Below are positions 47,116 to 58,159 of a DNA stretch of 64,000 nt, in pieces. A program made the position numbers and the translations under genes. Origin of the DNA: Candidatus Poribacteria bacterium (GTDB taxonomy: Bacteria > Poribacteria > WGA-4E > WGA-3G); the NCBI GenBank assembly GCA_963665235.2, contig CAXXLX010000002.1, forward strand, positions 576,001-640,000, given 5' to 3'. The notes under the pieces were generated by a model. It was not told where the DNA came from and did no database searches. It saw nothing but the letters and a program-made list of their open reading frames with translations. Numbering within the stretch: position 1 is the stretch's first letter; every line of letters starts with the position of its first letter.

Positions 47116-48756
47116 CTACGCTGCGTCTGCCTCAGATTCTGCATCGGTTTGCTTTGATTTCCAATATCTATAACATGTCCACGTGCCGGAGATGAGGACA
47201 GCGACAAGCAACACAATGATTCCGATATCGATAACCTGTCGCCAGGGATTGAGTTGCCGGAGCCGCTGTCCAGCTAATTTCGCGGCGGGGCTGCCTTTTT
47301 GTGCCTTGAGTTTCACCTGTTCCCAATAGGTTTTGGCGAGTTCCGGGTTCTGATACGCCTCGGCTAATTTCGCTGTGATGACAATATAGTTAATGTCCTC
47401 CACCTCTGAGCGTTTGATTGCATCGGCGAAGGAGCTTAAGAGGAGCAGCGTTAAATCTTCGGACAGCGGGGGGAAATCGAACGTTCCTTCGATACCGTTT
47501 TGAAAGGCACTTATCGCTGCGGCGTGATTCTTGCGACTGAATTCAAGTTCGGCAACCTCGAACCAGGTTTTTTTCTCTAAACGGATAGGTTGTTCTATTG
47601 CAGTATAACCGCCGAACGTGAATGTTGCTGTCCCGTAATAGCGGTCTTTGTGCTGGACATTGAGTGTGTAGTCTGTCCCTGGCGTTAGCGGTGCTGTGGA
47701 TTTCCACGTTTCAAATATGTAGGTGTTATCTTCTGCGACCCGTTCGACATAGTCTGTGCCCTCAATTGCGACCTCTGCTCCGACAACCGATTCACCCGCG
47801 GGTCCGGTAACAGTCCCGGAGACGGTAATCGGTTTGAGTGTCCAATTAAACGCCACCGCTTCGCCTTGTGTGTTTTTCAAATCGGTCGTTTTAGGGGGAG
47901 GACTGATATAACCGGACTTCCTAACTGCGACGGTATAGGTCTCATGCTGTAGGTTATCGGTGAAAAGCTTTGGGGTCAGTCCACTTGCTTCATCGTTGAG
48001 CAAAATCTCTGCCCCCTCTGGGGAGGTTGTAACCTTGAGTGCGGGGCTGAGTTTCAGAACGTCCTGTTCAACATCACCTGTCGGTGCAAGGATACCGCCT
48101 CTGAAATTGTGCTTCGCTGGAAGTGCATCGTAAATTTCGAGAATGCTGAGACGGCGGTTATCATCCTGGTCTGTTTTTTGGTCAGTGAGTGCATTGATAA
48201 TTTGCTGTAGGATGGAATTTTCGGCGATGCTCTCGGTTTTAATGATGTTCAGTGCAGCCGTGCCGAGCGTTTCGCGGTTCGCGTAGTAGGCAGTTAGATT
48301 GTTATCGCTTGTGTATGCGTCAATGATAACAGGAGTTTGGCTCGTTCCTATCTGTTGCAGCCATTGATTTAGTGTGTAGTCTTCAATGGGTGTTTCGCCT
48401 TGTACTAAAAGATGCATCGCGTTGCGCCCGCGCGGTTTGGTAACCGGGCCGTGATAAAGAAAAATAACGGTCTGTTTTTTAGCGGATGTGTTCTGGATAT
48501 CTGTTAGCACGGCGTGGATTTCCTCACGGGTTGCTTGTTCCCCCTTGAGATGATGGATTTGCGCGGGGGGCACCTTTCCACGTTGGACTAACACTTCGGT
48601 TAGCTTCGTTAGTAGCGGTTCCGCTTGCGCGTCCGATGTTGCATCGACGATAAGCCAATGTGTACCGGTGTCGACCGGCATAGCGAGAACTGCCGAGATA
48701 TTTACCGCTAAAAAGCAGCTGAAAAGGACGAAAATGATGGTCTTATGTTTTAGCAT
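47116..48756 (-). CDS. Membrane-anchored protein with a caspase-like domain, PEGA domain, carboxypeptidase-regulatory-like domain and TPR
   Basis: Signal peptide. Caspase-like L.GEQATREEI...L, VIFLYHG, IIDAY. PEGA (TSPEGAEILLN...GLTP..VRKSGY). VSGTVT..GE.V.GA.V.I.G. C-terminal TM. Confidence 0.7.
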   Translation of the reverse strand: MLKHKTIIFVLFSCFLAVNISAVLAMPVDTGTHWLIVDATSDAQAEPLLTKLTEVLVQRGKVPPAQIHHLKGEQATREEIHAVLTDIQNTSAKKQTVIFLYHGPVTKPRGRNAMHLLVQGETPIEDYTLNQWLQQIGTSQTPVIIDAYTSDNNLTAYYANRETLGTAALNIIKTESIAENSILQQIINALTDQKTDQDDNRRLSILEIYDALPAKHNFRGGILAPTGDVEQDVLKLSPALKVTTSPEGAEILLNDEASGLTPKLFTDNLQHETYTVAVRKSGYISPPPKTTDLKNTQGEAVAFNWTLKPITVSGTVTGPAGESVVGAEVAIEGTDYVERVAEDNTYIFETWKSTAPLTPGTDYTLNVQHKDRYYGTATFTFGGYTAIEQPIRLEKKTWFEVAELEFSRKNHAAAISAFQNGIEGTFDFPPLSEDLTLLLLSSFADAIKRSEVEDINYIVITAKLAEAYQNPELAKTYWEQVKLKAQKGSPAAKLAGQRLRQLNPWRQVIDIGIIVLLVAVLISGTWTCYRYWKSKQTDAESEADAA

Positions 48757-48908
48757 ATCCGTAAATTCCTGATTTTGAGTTAGATTCCCCTCCATGTTAG
48801 CAAAAAGCGGTAACAATTGCAAGAAAAAATTGTGAAATTTTGACAAACGTTAGAATAGTTCTAGATTTAGTCCTTGTCTTTCTCGCCAGATAGGTGTTCG
48901 GACCAGCC

Positions 48909-50003
48909 ATGAAAAACAGATTGTTTTCAATATTGATAGTTCAGTTTATAGCACTCACATTTCTAAGCTGTAGTCTCATCCCTGATCCGCAGATAGAGCA
49001 TCTCCCTGATGGTGCAAAAGCAGAGCATAGGATGGGGTTTATCAATAACATCCAATATTCGCCGGATGGCACGAAACTCACGGTTGCTAGTTCGTCCGGT
49101 ATTTGGCACTACGATTCACAGACAGGTAAGGAACTTGGCGTATTCCCCGCGTATAACATGCATAGCCTTGGGTTTATGCCCATGAGCGTGGCGTATAGTC
49201 CAGATGGCAAAACAGTCGCAAGTGGATGTAGGGATGGAACCATTCGTCTGTGGGATACCGACACAAGTATACCCCAACATACACTTTCTGGGCATAAGAA
49301 AGCGGTCTGGAGCGTGGCGTATAGTCCAGATGGCAAAACAGTCGCAAGTGGCGGTCAGGATAAAACGCTCCGGCTGTGGGATGCGAACATAGGACAACAC
49401 CTCCGAAAACTCAAAGGACATAAGGGGGCGGTCTTAAGTGTTACCTACAGTCCTGATGGCAGGATGATCGCTACTGGAAGTGAAGACACTACGCTCCGTC
49501 TATGGGATGCGAACACAGGACAACACCTCCGAACATTCAAAGGACATAAGGGGCATGTTCGGAGCGTAACGTTTAGTCCGGATAGCAGTACTATCGCAAG
49601 TGCCAGTCGGAACAATACCATCACTACCATTTGTCTGTGGGATGTAAACAGCGGACGACAAATCCGAACACTCTCTGGGTATACGAGGATAATGAATCAT
49701 AAGGATTCAAATGTAGAAACCTGGGCCTCTGAATCTAATAGTGTGGCGTTTAGTCCGGATGGAAGGACTATAGGTAGTGCTAGTTTTGGTGAAACCCATC
49801 AGTGGGATGCGAATACGGGACAACACCTCCGAAAACTCGAGGGGCCCCAGGGGACTCCGTGTTGGGTCTTTAACGTGGCATTCAGTCCGGATGGAAAGAC
49901 TATTGTAAGTACGGGTACGAGGGAAGTCAATCAATGGGATGCGAACACAGGACAATACCTACGAACACTCATAAAAGTTAAGCCTTACACTAACAAGAAT
50001 TAG
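48909..50003 (+). CDS. WD40-repeat lipoprotein
   Basis: Lipobox FLSC and repeated GH...V.SV.YSPDG..ASG..D.T.RLWD units. Confidence 0.92.
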   Translation: MKNRLFSILIVQFIALTFLSCSLIPDPQIEHLPDGAKAEHRMGFINNIQYSPDGTKLTVASSSGIWHYDSQTGKELGVFPAYNMHSLGFMPMSVAYSPDGKTVASGCRDGTIRLWDTDTSIPQHTLSGHKKAVWSVAYSPDGKTVASGGQDKTLRLWDANIGQHLRKLKGHKGAVLSVTYSPDGRMIATGSEDTTLRLWDANTGQHLRTFKGHKGHVRSVTFSPDSSTIASASRNNTITTICLWDVNSGRQIRTLSGYTRIMNHKDSNVETWASESNSVAFSPDGRTIGSASFGETHQWDANTGQHLRKLEGPQGTPCWVFNVAFSPDGKTIVSTGTREVNQWDANTGQYLRTLIKVKPYTNKN

Positions 50004-50032
50004 ACTTAAATCCATCTGCAAGGGGAAACATC

Positions 50033-51115
50033 ATGAAATATGTCAACGCCTGCTTGTTTACGACTTTTATTCTTATTACAGTCCTGCAAATCGGCTGTTT
50101 ATCTACGGGGGTAATGGGCAAGGCAGAGAAATTAGTTGAAGCGCAGGATTATCAGGAGGCGATAGAAGTTTATCAAAGCATCGTTGATAGTAAACCTGGT
50201 ACGGCTGCCGCACGCGCAGCCCAACTCGCTATCGGTGAACTCTACATTGTACATATCAATCAACCCCAACGCGGGATTGAAATCTATAAAGCGGTCATTG
50301 CTGAAGCCCCCGATAGCGATGAGGCAGCAGAGGCACACTATTGTATAGGAATGCACGTCTATCGTCAAAAAGATTATGACGCAGCGCAGACCCGATTTGA
50401 GACTGTTGTCACCCAATTTCCGCATCTGAAATTGCGTCAGAATGCTCACCTGATGTTGGCAAAAAGTTATGAGGGGGGGCAGAAATATGAACACGCTGTG
50501 AAAACTTTTGAGGATTTTGCGAACCGCTATCCACAAAGCAAACGCGCTGCCCAAGCCGGTGCCAATAAAGCACGCATACAACGCAAATTCCTTAAAGATG
50601 AGCGTATAGAATCACACGTTGAAAAACCGAAAGCGGAATCAATTGAGCGCACTGCCTCTCCCTTTGGATTTGGTCCGTATCCGGAGGTTCCGGTCGATTT
50701 TCCGTTTCAGGAACAAATTTGGGATAATCCCATACCAGAGCATGAGTTGTTAGTCCGGATCCGTGTTAAGTTGTGGAAACAGGGCACACAGACTACAGGT
50801 GCCATGTTTGATAATAATGGTCTCATTTATCCGACTATTCCCGGTGTAATTTATGTGGAATGGCGGACTGTTGAAGAAGGTCCGCTGCAGTTCGTAGGAC
50901 GACGGTATGCTGCGCACGTCATGGGGCACCCAGATACTGCTAAAAAATGGAGTGCTTCATATCTAACTGAACTTGGGTATGAACGCACAGACGTAAAGAA
51001 TGACAGTGAGGCATCAGGTATAAAAGTTCATGAGTATCCAGATGGAGGGATAGACCCTTACAAATTTCTCGATTTACCGAAGAGTCTCATTCAAAATCCT
51101 CTGCATGAAGATTAA
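50033..51115 (+). CDS. TPR (BamD/YfiO-like) lipoprotein with an unknown C-terminal domain
   Basis: Lipobox-like LQIGC, TPR helices with P.S..A linkers, and a C-terminal domain starting SPFGFGPYPEVP. Confidence 0.75.
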   Translation: MKYVNACLFTTFILITVLQIGCLSTGVMGKAEKLVEAQDYQEAIEVYQSIVDSKPGTAAARAAQLAIGELYIVHINQPQRGIEIYKAVIAEAPDSDEAAEAHYCIGMHVYRQKDYDAAQTRFETVVTQFPHLKLRQNAHLMLAKSYEGGQKYEHAVKTFEDFANRYPQSKRAAQAGANKARIQRKFLKDERIESHVEKPKAESIERTASPFGFGPYPEVPVDFPFQEQIWDNPIPEHELLVRIRVKLWKQGTQTTGAMFDNNGLIYPTIPGVIYVEWRTVEEGPLQFVGRRYAAHVMGHPDTAKKWSASYLTELGYERTDVKNDSEASGIKVHEYPDGGIDPYKFLDLPKSLIQNPLHED

Positions 51116-51129
51116 TTTATCAAATCCCG

Positions 51130-51350
51130 CGCTACAAAACCTCGCTCTTTAGGGCGAGATAGCAAAAGGAAGAAACAAAGAGGAGGTGCCCTCTTCTCTT
51201 TCTTTGCGTTTTCTTGCTAATTGCTAATGGACAATCCGCGTTATCCGTGTAGTCTGCGATAATCCGAGATTTGCGGCGTACTCGCCCAAATGCGACGTGC
51301 ATTCTGACACCCCCTTTGTCCAAAAACTTTACACACCCCTTTACACACTC
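51130..51350. repeat. Intergenic repeat modules and a MITE end
   Basis: TTGCTAATTGCTAATGG, AATCCGCG...GCGATAATCCG (reverse complement of the CGCGGATT modules) and CAAAAACTTTACACACCC. Confidence 0.65.
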
Positions 51351-51590
51351 AATTGTGAGTTCATAAAATTTGTGGTATACTTAAGGAGATGCTACTGAAC
51401 GCAAGTCTATGCCTATTCTGATTTTTAACGTACTAAACGTTTTCTGTTGAATTGCGTCAAAATAGCTAATCTGTTTTTTGGAAAAACATCCTTATTAGGA
51501 GCCCGATTTGAACTTTCGCGTTTTTTTTCTGTCAAAACAGAACGTGAAAAACTGATTTATTACAATTTTCTTTTTTTAAAGGAGACGCTG

Positions 51591-52967
51591 ATGGTCGGAT
51601 GGCGAATTCATGTTGCTATACTCTTCATTATTCAGTTTGTAGTCGTTTTTTGTGTTGATGCACAGGAGCAGCCCACAGAGGTTGAGCAGGAGCAGCCTGT
51701 TGTGCAAGCACAGCCCGCGGAGATTGACCTATCGCAACCGTTGACACTTGAACAGTGTATCCAGATAGGATTGGAGCAGGCGACAAGTATGCGGAATGCG
51801 CGGTTAAATTTTGCAATACAGGAGCTTCGTGTAAAAAATGCCCGGGCTGGTTATTTTCCGCGAATTTCTGCTAGTAGCAATTATAGATTTTCAGATGCGT
51901 TGGACTTCGGTTTTGAGCCTGAAAACTACGATTTGGGGTTGAGAGGCCAGTATACGCTGTGGGACAACGGTCAACGTGAGGTGAGGTTTGCACAAGCGAA
52001 GGAGAGTCTTAAGGCGACAACGAGTCGGAATGAAGATATTAAACAGGGCTTAATTCTTCAAATTACGCAAGCATACTACGATGTTCTTCAGTCGAAGGAG
52101 TTGGTGAACGTTGGCGAAGATATTTTGGCGCGTTCCCAAGAGAATACAGCGAAGACGGTAATCCTCGAGGAGGCGGGCATCCTAATTCCTGCGGATGTTG
52201 CAAGTGCTCGGCTCCGTGAAGGGAATGACCAATTGTCCCTGCTAAACAGTCAAAATGCGTTTCAGATAGCCGAAGTGACGTTGCCCCGGCTCCTCGGTTT
52301 AGACCCAGCGACGGTGCTTACGGTTGCAGTTGATGAGTCGTATCAGTTGTATCAGCAGCGCGGAACTATTGAGGCGATAGAGATGTCCGTTGAGGAGGCT
52401 ATTCAGATAGCCCTTGAAAACCGGTCGGAGTTTCAGGAGATTCAGTCGCAACTGAAACAGCAGGAATGGGAGCTGACGCTCGCAAAATTGCAGCGCTGGC
52501 CCCGGTTGAACGCAGACGTGAGTTACAACGTAAATCTGGATGATTACCTCCGGGAACGTCAAAATTTCTCGGATTTCCGAAGTTGGAGCGTTGGGGCATC
52601 ACTTGACTTTACGCTTTTTGATGGCGGGATTCTGGGAAACCGTGTCAAAGAGCTGAATATGCAACTTGAGCAGATTCGTGAGAATGCAAGCGATTTAGAA
52701 CGGACGGTCGCGCTAAGCGTTCGGCAAGCCTACCTGAGTCTCAAGCGGAGCGAAGCGGCGGTGGAGATTTCTAAGACACAAATTCTCAACGCACAAAAGA
52801 GTCTGGATGTAATTCAGGGACGGTTTGAGGTTGGCAAAGCGATTTTGCTCGAAGTCTTTGATGCCCAAACGGCTTATGCGCGCGCACTGACAAATCAGGT
52901 GAATACCTTTTATGACTACAAAATCGCACAAACCCGCTTACGGGACGCAATGGGAGTTTTAGAGTAG
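51591..52967 (+). CDS. TolC-family outer-membrane efflux protein
   Basis: Signal peptide, LTLEQCIQI.L, two OEP repeats (AYYDVL; VRQAYL..., RFEVG....EV.DAQ). AAGGAG RBS before ATG 51591. Confidence 0.9.
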   Translation: MVGWRIHVAILFIIQFVVVFCVDAQEQPTEVEQEQPVVQAQPAEIDLSQPLTLEQCIQIGLEQATSMRNARLNFAIQELRVKNARAGYFPRISASSNYRFSDALDFGFEPENYDLGLRGQYTLWDNGQREVRFAQAKESLKATTSRNEDIKQGLILQITQAYYDVLQSKELVNVGEDILARSQENTAKTVILEEAGILIPADVASARLREGNDQLSLLNSQNAFQIAEVTLPRLLGLDPATVLTVAVDESYQLYQQRGTIEAIEMSVEEAIQIALENRSEFQEIQSQLKQQEWELTLAKLQRWPRLNADVSYNVNLDDYLRERQNFSDFRSWSVGASLDFTLFDGGILGNRVKELNMQLEQIRENASDLERTVALSVRQAYLSLKRSEAAVEISKTQILNAQKSLDVIQGRFEVGKAILLEVFDAQTAYARALTNQVNTFYDYKIAQTRLRDAMGVLE

Positions 52968-52969
52968 CC

Positions 52970-54928
52970 ATGAAAAAAAGGAAGAAGTGGATTATATTCG
53001 GGATAGTTGGGCTTGCCATCATCACTGTAATAGTGGGGGCTACCCGAATCAGCGGCGGATTGGGACAACAGAAGGGTGACAATGAGGTTAAACAGGAGGT
53101 TGTTCGACGTGGGGAATTCCGCGTGAAGGTACGTGAGTCTGGCAATCTCCGCTCATTTATTGAGGTGGATGTCCGGTCAAACGTTGAAGGGGAAATCAAA
53201 AAGATTTTCGTTGAAGAGGGGGATGTTGTCGAGGCAGGGCAGCCGCTCCTTCAAATTGACGATGAACAGGTTTTGGAGGAAAAGAAGCAGGCTGAAGCCA
53301 ATCGAGATGCCCGAGAGGCACAATTGAAACAGGCAGAACTCCGTATCCAGATTACGGAAAAACAGGAGCAGAGCAATCTGCTACAGGCTACAAACGCTGT
53401 TGCAAAGGCGGAGGCGAATTTGGAGTCGTTTGTTGCAAACAGGCAGCAACGTATCACGGAAGCGGAAACGTTTGTGGCGACAACGCAGAACTCGTTGAAT
53501 CAAGATAAAATCGGATTGAAGCAGGCTGAAATCGCGCTTGCACAAGCGAGACTTACCCTAGAACGCGCGAATGTCAATGTGCAATCCGCAAAAATTACGT
53601 TTGAGACCGCTGAAGCAGAATACAAAAGAAACAAGGAGTTATTTGATAAGGAATTGGTTTCAAAGCGAACGCTGGAGGAATCCCAAAAACAGCACATCCT
53701 GAGCACCTCCCAATATGAAACCGCGCAAAAAGAGGTGCAATCGCAAAAGGAGACGATTAAATCTCAAGAAGAGAATATCAAATCGATGCGGCAAGCGATT
53801 GAGAGCCGGGAGGCAACGCTTGCACTCCGAAAAAAGAATGTTGAAACGGTTAAAGAATCGCAAGAAGCGCAGCGGAAGCAGCTACAAGCAGATTTGGAGA
53901 ACGCCCGCACACGTCTCCAACAATTGCAAGAGACAACTGAGGAACAGAAACAGTTGACCCAGCATGCAAAGGTGGGTGCGAAAGCTAGCTTACTCCAAGC
54001 GGAAAGTCAACTGAAGTCTCAAGCGGAGCGGTATGAATGGACAACAGTCACCGCACCGATGTCTGGGACAATTACGCGTCTGATTGTGGAAGAGGGTGAG
54101 ATTATCACCTCCGGACGCTCCTCATTTTCACGCGGGGAGGCTATCATGCGAATTGCCGACCTTTCAAATATGATTGTCAAAACACAGATTAATCAGGTAG
54201 AAATCGGGAAAATAGAACTCGAGCAGCGTGCTGAAATCCGCGTGGATAGCTATCGAGGCCGCGTTTTTGAAGGAAAAGTGAGTGAGATTTCACCGAGTGC
54301 AACGCAACGTGGGCAGAATAGCGGAAATGCTGTGATTACCTTTGCTGTGGATATAGAGGTGGTTGGCTCACCCCCTGAACTTCTTCCTGGTATGTCTGCC
54401 GATGTGGATATCATCGTCTTTGAAGAGCCGGATATCCTGCAGCTTCCGATAGCTACTGTGCTCAGTCCTGAAGTTGTCACTGTCAAGGCACATTTAACCG
54501 CAGCGCAAGTCGGGCAATTCCAATCTGGACAAAAACTCAAAATTCGGAATCTCATCGGCAAAGAATTTAGTGGACAGGTCGGGCAGGTTTTATCTGATAA
54601 AACACGGAACAACCTCGAAATTTTGCTTGAGGGAACACAGAAAGGGTTGGAAACGGGCCCGACAGAAATTAGTATTGTTGTTGCTGAGGGAAATCAACTC
54701 ACCGGTATAGAAGCTGAAGTCAAGAGTGAACGTCAGCATTTTGTCAAATTGGATATAGGTGAACCCGCAAAGAAGGGGATGGAAAGAGGTACTAAAACAC
54801 ACATTAAGGTCGGCAAACGGAATAATACACACTTTGAAATCCTTAGCGGTTTAAAGGAAGGGGACCGCGTCTTCGTCCCGTCTATGATGGAATTAACGAA
54901 GGGGTCGAGGAATAAAGATGACAGATAG
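52970..54928 (+). CDS. MacA/HlyD-family periplasmic adaptor with a long coiled coil
   Basis: N-terminal TM, lipoyl halves ([22 protein letters not shown]; [15 protein letters not shown]), [19 protein letters not shown]. Confidence 0.9.
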   Translation: MKKRKKWIIFGIVGLAIITVIVGATRISGGLGQQKGDNEVKQEVVRRGEFRVKVRESGNLRSFIEVDVRSNVEGEIKKIFVEEGDVVEAGQPLLQIDDEQVLEEKKQAEANRDAREAQLKQAELRIQITEKQEQSNLLQATNAVAKAEANLESFVANRQQRITEAETFVATTQNSLNQDKIGLKQAEIALAQARLTLERANVNVQSAKITFETAEAEYKRNKELFDKELVSKRTLEESQKQHILSTSQYETAQKEVQSQKETIKSQEENIKSMRQAIESREATLALRKKNVETVKESQEAQRKQLQADLENARTRLQQLQETTEEQKQLTQHAKVGAKASLLQAESQLKSQAERYEWTTVTAPMSGTITRLIVEEGEIITSGRSSFSRGEAIMRIADLSNMIVKTQINQVEIGKIELEQRAEIRVDSYRGRVFEGKVSEISPSATQRGQNSGNAVITFAVDIEVVGSPPELLPGMSADVDIIVFEEPDILQLPIATVLSPEVVTVKAHLTAAQVGQFQSGQKLKIRNLIGKEFSGQVGQVLSDKTRNNLEILLEGTQKGLETGPTEISIVVAEGNQLTGIEAEVKSERQHFVKLDIGEPAKKGMERGTKTHIKVGKRNNTHFEILSGLKEGDRVFVPSMMELTKGSRNKDDR

Positions 54929-54960
54929 TCAGCGGGTTCAATCTACACGGAGAAAATATT

Positions 54961-55641
54961 ATGTTAATTGATGTCAAAGACCTGACGAAGATTTACCAAA
55001 TGGGGGATGTCCAGGTCCACGCTTTGCGGGGTGTGACCTTTTCTGTTGTATCGGGAGAGTTTATCGCCATTATGGGCCCCTCCGGTTCAGGCAAATCAAC
55101 TGTGATGGATATTTTGGGGTGTCTCTCAACGCCGACATCGGGTGAGTATTACCTTGAAGGTGAGGAGGTTGGCAAACTTTCGGATAACCGCCTTGCAGAT
55201 ATTCGGAATAAGAAGATTGGGTTTGTGTTTCAGTCGTTCAACCTTTTGCCGCGGACCAGCGCACTTCATAACGTTGAGCTGCCGCTCATCTACTCCGGGC
55301 TGGGCAGAAAAGAGCGGAAACGGAAGGCTTTTGAAGCGCTGGACGCGGTCGGCTTAGCCGACCGGGTTGACCACAAGTCGACGGAGTTGTCTGGCGGACA
55401 GATTCAACGAGTTGCTATCGCTCGTGCATTGGTGAACAATCCCTCGATGATTTTCGCTGATGAACCGACCGGGAATTTAGATACCCGCTCCGGTGCTGAA
55501 ATCTTGGCAATCTTCGATCGGCTTAATGAGGAAGGCAACACTATTATTATGGTTACACATGAACCCGAGGTTGCGGAACATGCCGAACGGGTGCTGCACA
55601 TTCGGGATGGACTCATTGAGCGAGATGAAAGGCGGACCTGA
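54961..55641 (+). CDS. MacB/LolD-type ABC transporter ATP-binding protein
   Basis: [47 protein letters not shown]. Confidence 0.95.
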   Translation: MLIDVKDLTKIYQMGDVQVHALRGVTFSVVSGEFIAIMGPSGSGKSTVMDILGCLSTPTSGEYYLEGEEVGKLSDNRLADIRNKKIGFVFQSFNLLPRTSALHNVELPLIYSGLGRKERKRKAFEALDAVGLADRVDHKSTELSGGQIQRVAIARALVNNPSMIFADEPTGNLDTRSGAEILAIFDRLNEEGNTIIMVTHEPEVAEHAERVLHIRDGLIERDERRT

Positions 55642-56629
55642 ACGAGATAAATATCCTATCAGCATTACGACACCCGCGCGTCTTCACTTTTCGCTGCTTG
55701 ATTTGAACGGGGGTTTAGGACGAATTGATGGCGGGTTCGGTTTAGCTATCACGGAACCGCATTTCCGTATCATCGCGGCACCTGCGGCAGACATCTCTGT
55801 TGAATCTACAGGGTATACTGAGCGTGCGCGTGCTGTTGTCGAGCGGCTTCAAACACGCTATCCATTTCCGGGCATTCACCTCAAATTCACCGATGAAATT
55901 CCTACGCATAGCGGGTTTGGTTCAGGGACGCAACTCTCCCTTGGCATCGCTTCTGCTGTAAACGTCCTTTACAATCTAAACTTAAGTGTTTTGGAACTTG
56001 CGAGTATAGTCGGGCGTGGTGGTACTTCTGGTATCGGGGTTGCTGCGTTTGATAGTGGTGGTTTCATCGTAGATGGTGGGCATCGGTATCCTGAAGAGAA
56101 ATCGTCTTTCCTTCCGTCCGCTGCTGTTGCGGATATTCCCCCCCCGCCTATTTTACTGCGTTACGATTTTCCTGCCTGGCCGCTGCTGATTGCTCTGCCG
56201 AATTGTTCAAAGATTTACGGTGAGGCGGAATTAGAGTTGTTTCGGACGCTTTGTCCGCAACCTGCCTCTGTCGCGCCCGCCCTTTCCCATCTTCTTCTAC
56301 TCCAGATATTACCTGCCCTTCTTGAAAACGATATGCCACGCTTCGGCGATGCACTAAATCGGATCCAAACTTTTGGGTGGAAAAAGGTGGAGATTGATGC
56401 CCAAGGGGTAGAATTACGGCAAACGCTTGAGTTCTTACAGCACAACGGGGCATTCGGGGCAGGTGTTAGCAGTTGGGGGCCAGCGATTTGCGCGGTGAGT
56501 GAGGATATAGAGGCGTTGAAACGGAAAACAGAACGTTTTCTTAAGACGCTCCCGAACGGGGGGCACTGTTTTATTACCTACGCAAACAACGTTGGGACAG
56601 AAATTATAGTAAAATCTAGTGGTATGTGA
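55625..56629 (+). CDS. mptG: Beta-ribofuranosylaminobenzene 5'-phosphate (RFAP) synthase family, GHMP superfamily
   Basis: [63 protein letters not shown] 55625 overlaps the end of the ATPase gene. Confidence 0.8.
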   Translation: MKGGPERDKYPISITTPARLHFSLLDLNGGLGRIDGGFGLAITEPHFRIIAAPAADISVESTGYTERARAVVERLQTRYPFPGIHLKFTDEIPTHSGFGSGTQLSLGIASAVNVLYNLNLSVLELASIVGRGGTSGIGVAAFDSGGFIVDGGHRYPEEKSSFLPSAAVADIPPPPILLRYDFPAWPLLIALPNCSKIYGEAELELFRTLCPQPASVAPALSHLLLLQILPALLENDMPRFGDALNRIQTFGWKKVEIDAQGVELRQTLEFLQHNGAFGAGVSSWGPAICAVSEDIEALKRKTERFLKTLPNGGHCFITYANNVGTEIIVKSSGM

Positions 56630-56734
56630 ATGCAACGATGGTAAGGCGGTATGGGAGGTTAAACACCTACACGGGTTGTGATTAAGAACGTTGCGTTTTT
56701 TTTTTGCCTGAGCCGCGGATTATAGGTGAGATGT

Positions 56735-56765
56735 TTGTAGGCGCGCTTACAAAGCACGCCTACAA
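56735..56765. repeat. GTAG/CTAC REP-like palindrome between convergent genes
   Basis: TTGTAGGCGCGCTT-ACA-AAGCACGCCTACAA. Confidence 0.65.
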
Positions 56766-56779
56766 GAAGGAAGACTCAC

Positions 56780-57360
56780 CTACTCGCTACCAACTGAGGC
56801 GGGAGAGTCAGGAGCCGTACCAAGAACCGTATTGAAGCGGTAAGTTGCTGAAATATTGGCACGGATGAGGTTTTCTGAATATTCCTGTCCTTCGTCATTG
56901 GCCTGCGTCCATGTCTCGTAGAGTGCCGAAACATCCCAGGAGAAATTTTTGTCTCCGTTGGAACCGATTCCAACAGTGAGCCCGAGCAGACTCACAGGCG
57001 TAGTGTCGCCGTCATCTACAAACGGGATTACGTCACGAAAAGCTCCGAAGCGCAGTGGGAAACCTGCTCCTAAATACTCCGCGCCAACGGAAACATTAAA
57101 ACCGTCGTCAATAAGTGAGAGTCCACTACGGTCGCCGCGCCATTGAAGGTCAGAGTATGAACGTGATTGGAGTTCTAAGGCGACAATGAATTCAGGCGAG
57201 AGCTTATATTCTACACCGAGCCCCCACATAGCAGGTATTGTTAACTCCCGATTTACCTGTTCTCTATCTGTGTCAAGCTCACCATCATAGTAGGTTTTCG
57301 TGATTACTTCCCCGAATTCCCAGTCAAATTCTGGGCGGTACATCAACCCAATACGGGGGG
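56780..57360 (-). pseudogene. C-terminal fragment of a FadL/OmpP1-like outer-membrane beta-barrel protein
   Basis: Beta-strand pattern (IGLMYRP, IPAMWGLGVEY, SVGAEY, PLRFG, LTVGIG, WDVS, ISATYRF). No signal peptide or N-terminal half. Confidence 0.55.
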
Positions 57361-57757
57361 CGGCGGATTGAGCGTTAGCATAGCGTGTTGAATATCTCCT
57401 ATATGCAGTGTAATGGTACATTTATGCGGGATATAGTGAGGTGTATCGTCTGTCCTTGAAAGGTTTGCGAATTTGGGGTTCAGGACAAAATAGGTGTTTT
57501 CTTTGCTGTATCCCACATTTGAGATAAGTCCCTCTGGAATTTCCAGACGGGTGCCCAAGACTATGACTGTAATAACTTTGCAGTTGTTTTGGGTATCGGT
57601 TTCACGCGCTACTTTATCTATACAAACCCCATAGTAGTAAATGCCGGGGGTATCAGGAAAACGAAGATTCCTCAGTACTCTCTATAAAGGGGGACCTAGC
57701 GGGCAAGGGGCCCTCGCTCAGAGGAGCGGGTTGTTTGCCCGAATATTGCTCGTCTTG

Positions 57758-58159
57758 CTAAATTTGCGTAAGTCCTGTAAGCTTGAGAATCCAAATAAAC
57801 AAGCAAAACACAATTCCGAAAATAAAGATCAAATTTTGAATTTTTAAGGCATAACCCATCCAGGCCTTTTTTAACTGCGAAGGAAAGAGTGCTACTCCGA
57901 TAGCAAGTCCTACAACTAAAAACGAAAACGGATGATAACGCCAGGCTTCAGTGAAATGCCCGTGTGTTAGCGCAAGACATGCCCGTGTCATGCCACAGCC
58001 AGGACACGGAATATTTGTCACCGAACGAAATAAGCATGGAATCAGGGTTACTTCATCCGGTGACTTTCCCGATACGGCTGTGTAGAGGCCTATCACGCCT
58101 AACCCGATAAGGAACGCGCGGGCAAGAAAAGTGTCATTCACCACCAGAGTATTCATCAT
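57758..58159 (-). CDS. DUF2752 family membrane protein
   Basis: PCLFRSVTNIPCPGCGMTRA....HG....AW.YHP signature. Start uncertain. Confidence 0.85.
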   Translation of the reverse strand: MMNTLVVNDTFLARAFLIGLGVIGLYTAVSGKSPDEVTLIPCLFRSVTNIPCPGCGMTRACLALTHGHFTEAWRYHPFSFLVVGLAIGVALFPSQLKKAWMGYALKIQNLIFIFGIVFCLFIWILKLTGLTQI

